Source: Podarcis cretensis (lineage: Eukaryota). Taken from it: 64,000 bases of DNA. Within the stretch, counting starts at the first letter, position 1; each line of letters opens with the position of its first letter. Of the stretch, positions 63,857-64,000 are shown in pieces. The notes beneath the pieces are model-generated. The model worked only from the letters and a program-made list of their open reading frames with translations. It was not told the origin of the DNA and did not search any database. Where the stretch lies: assembly GCA_951804945.1 (NCBI GenBank), contig OX638152.1:72478001-72542000 (forward strand). The letters run 5' to 3'. The position numbers and the translations under genes were made by a program.

Positions 63857-64000
63857 TAGTTACTCCAGTTTCATGGTATAATTTTGAGAGATAGGAACAT
63901 ATTGCAGCTTTTGAGTTATTTGATTACACCATGGTAGCATAAGGAAATAATATAATGTTCTATCTCTGGGCAGAGCAACTACACAAAAATGATGGTTGAG

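Noticed and set aside
1-64000. CRISPR arrays, rRNA/tRNA genes, prokaryotic systems
   Set aside because: This is a eukaryotic intron-containing locus. The tRNA-like segments are SINE heads, and there are no regularly spaced repeat-spacer arrays.

Overview
This is vertebrate (squamate) genomic DNA, most likely from a lacertid lizard, inferred from Sauria-type SINEs with (ACCTTT)n tails. It holds one complete protein-coding gene on the + strand, MXRA5 (adlican). Six coding exons splice GT-AG with consistent phases (6983/7001-7188, 8934-9063, 9790-10180, 11501-16258, 17941-18841, 22123-24031). They give a 2764-aa secreted protein (2758 aa from the ATG at 7001): signal peptide, LRR block, 2 Ig domains, a long Ser/Thr/Pro-rich linker and a C-terminal Ig array. 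A CpG-rich putative promoter/non-coding first exon lies at ~400-650 and poly(A) signals at 25690 and 25741. The remaining ~38 kb is intergenic, with no other supportable gene and many transposon relics: an L1 3' end with intact frame and TSD, a solo LTR, a candidate Ngaro/DIRS-like repeat, SINEs, L2/CR1 fragments, and Tc1/mariner and hAT MITEs. I cannot support a new multi-gene biological system here. The best leads are a three-level nested transposon whose eroded outer TSD is explained entirely by CpG decay, a strong-Kozak uORF plus G4 motif in the putative MXRA5 leader, conserved short motifs in the MXRA5 linker, and MITE hairpins in the 3' UTR. Repeat-family names and human-protein comparisons come from recall, not database searches.
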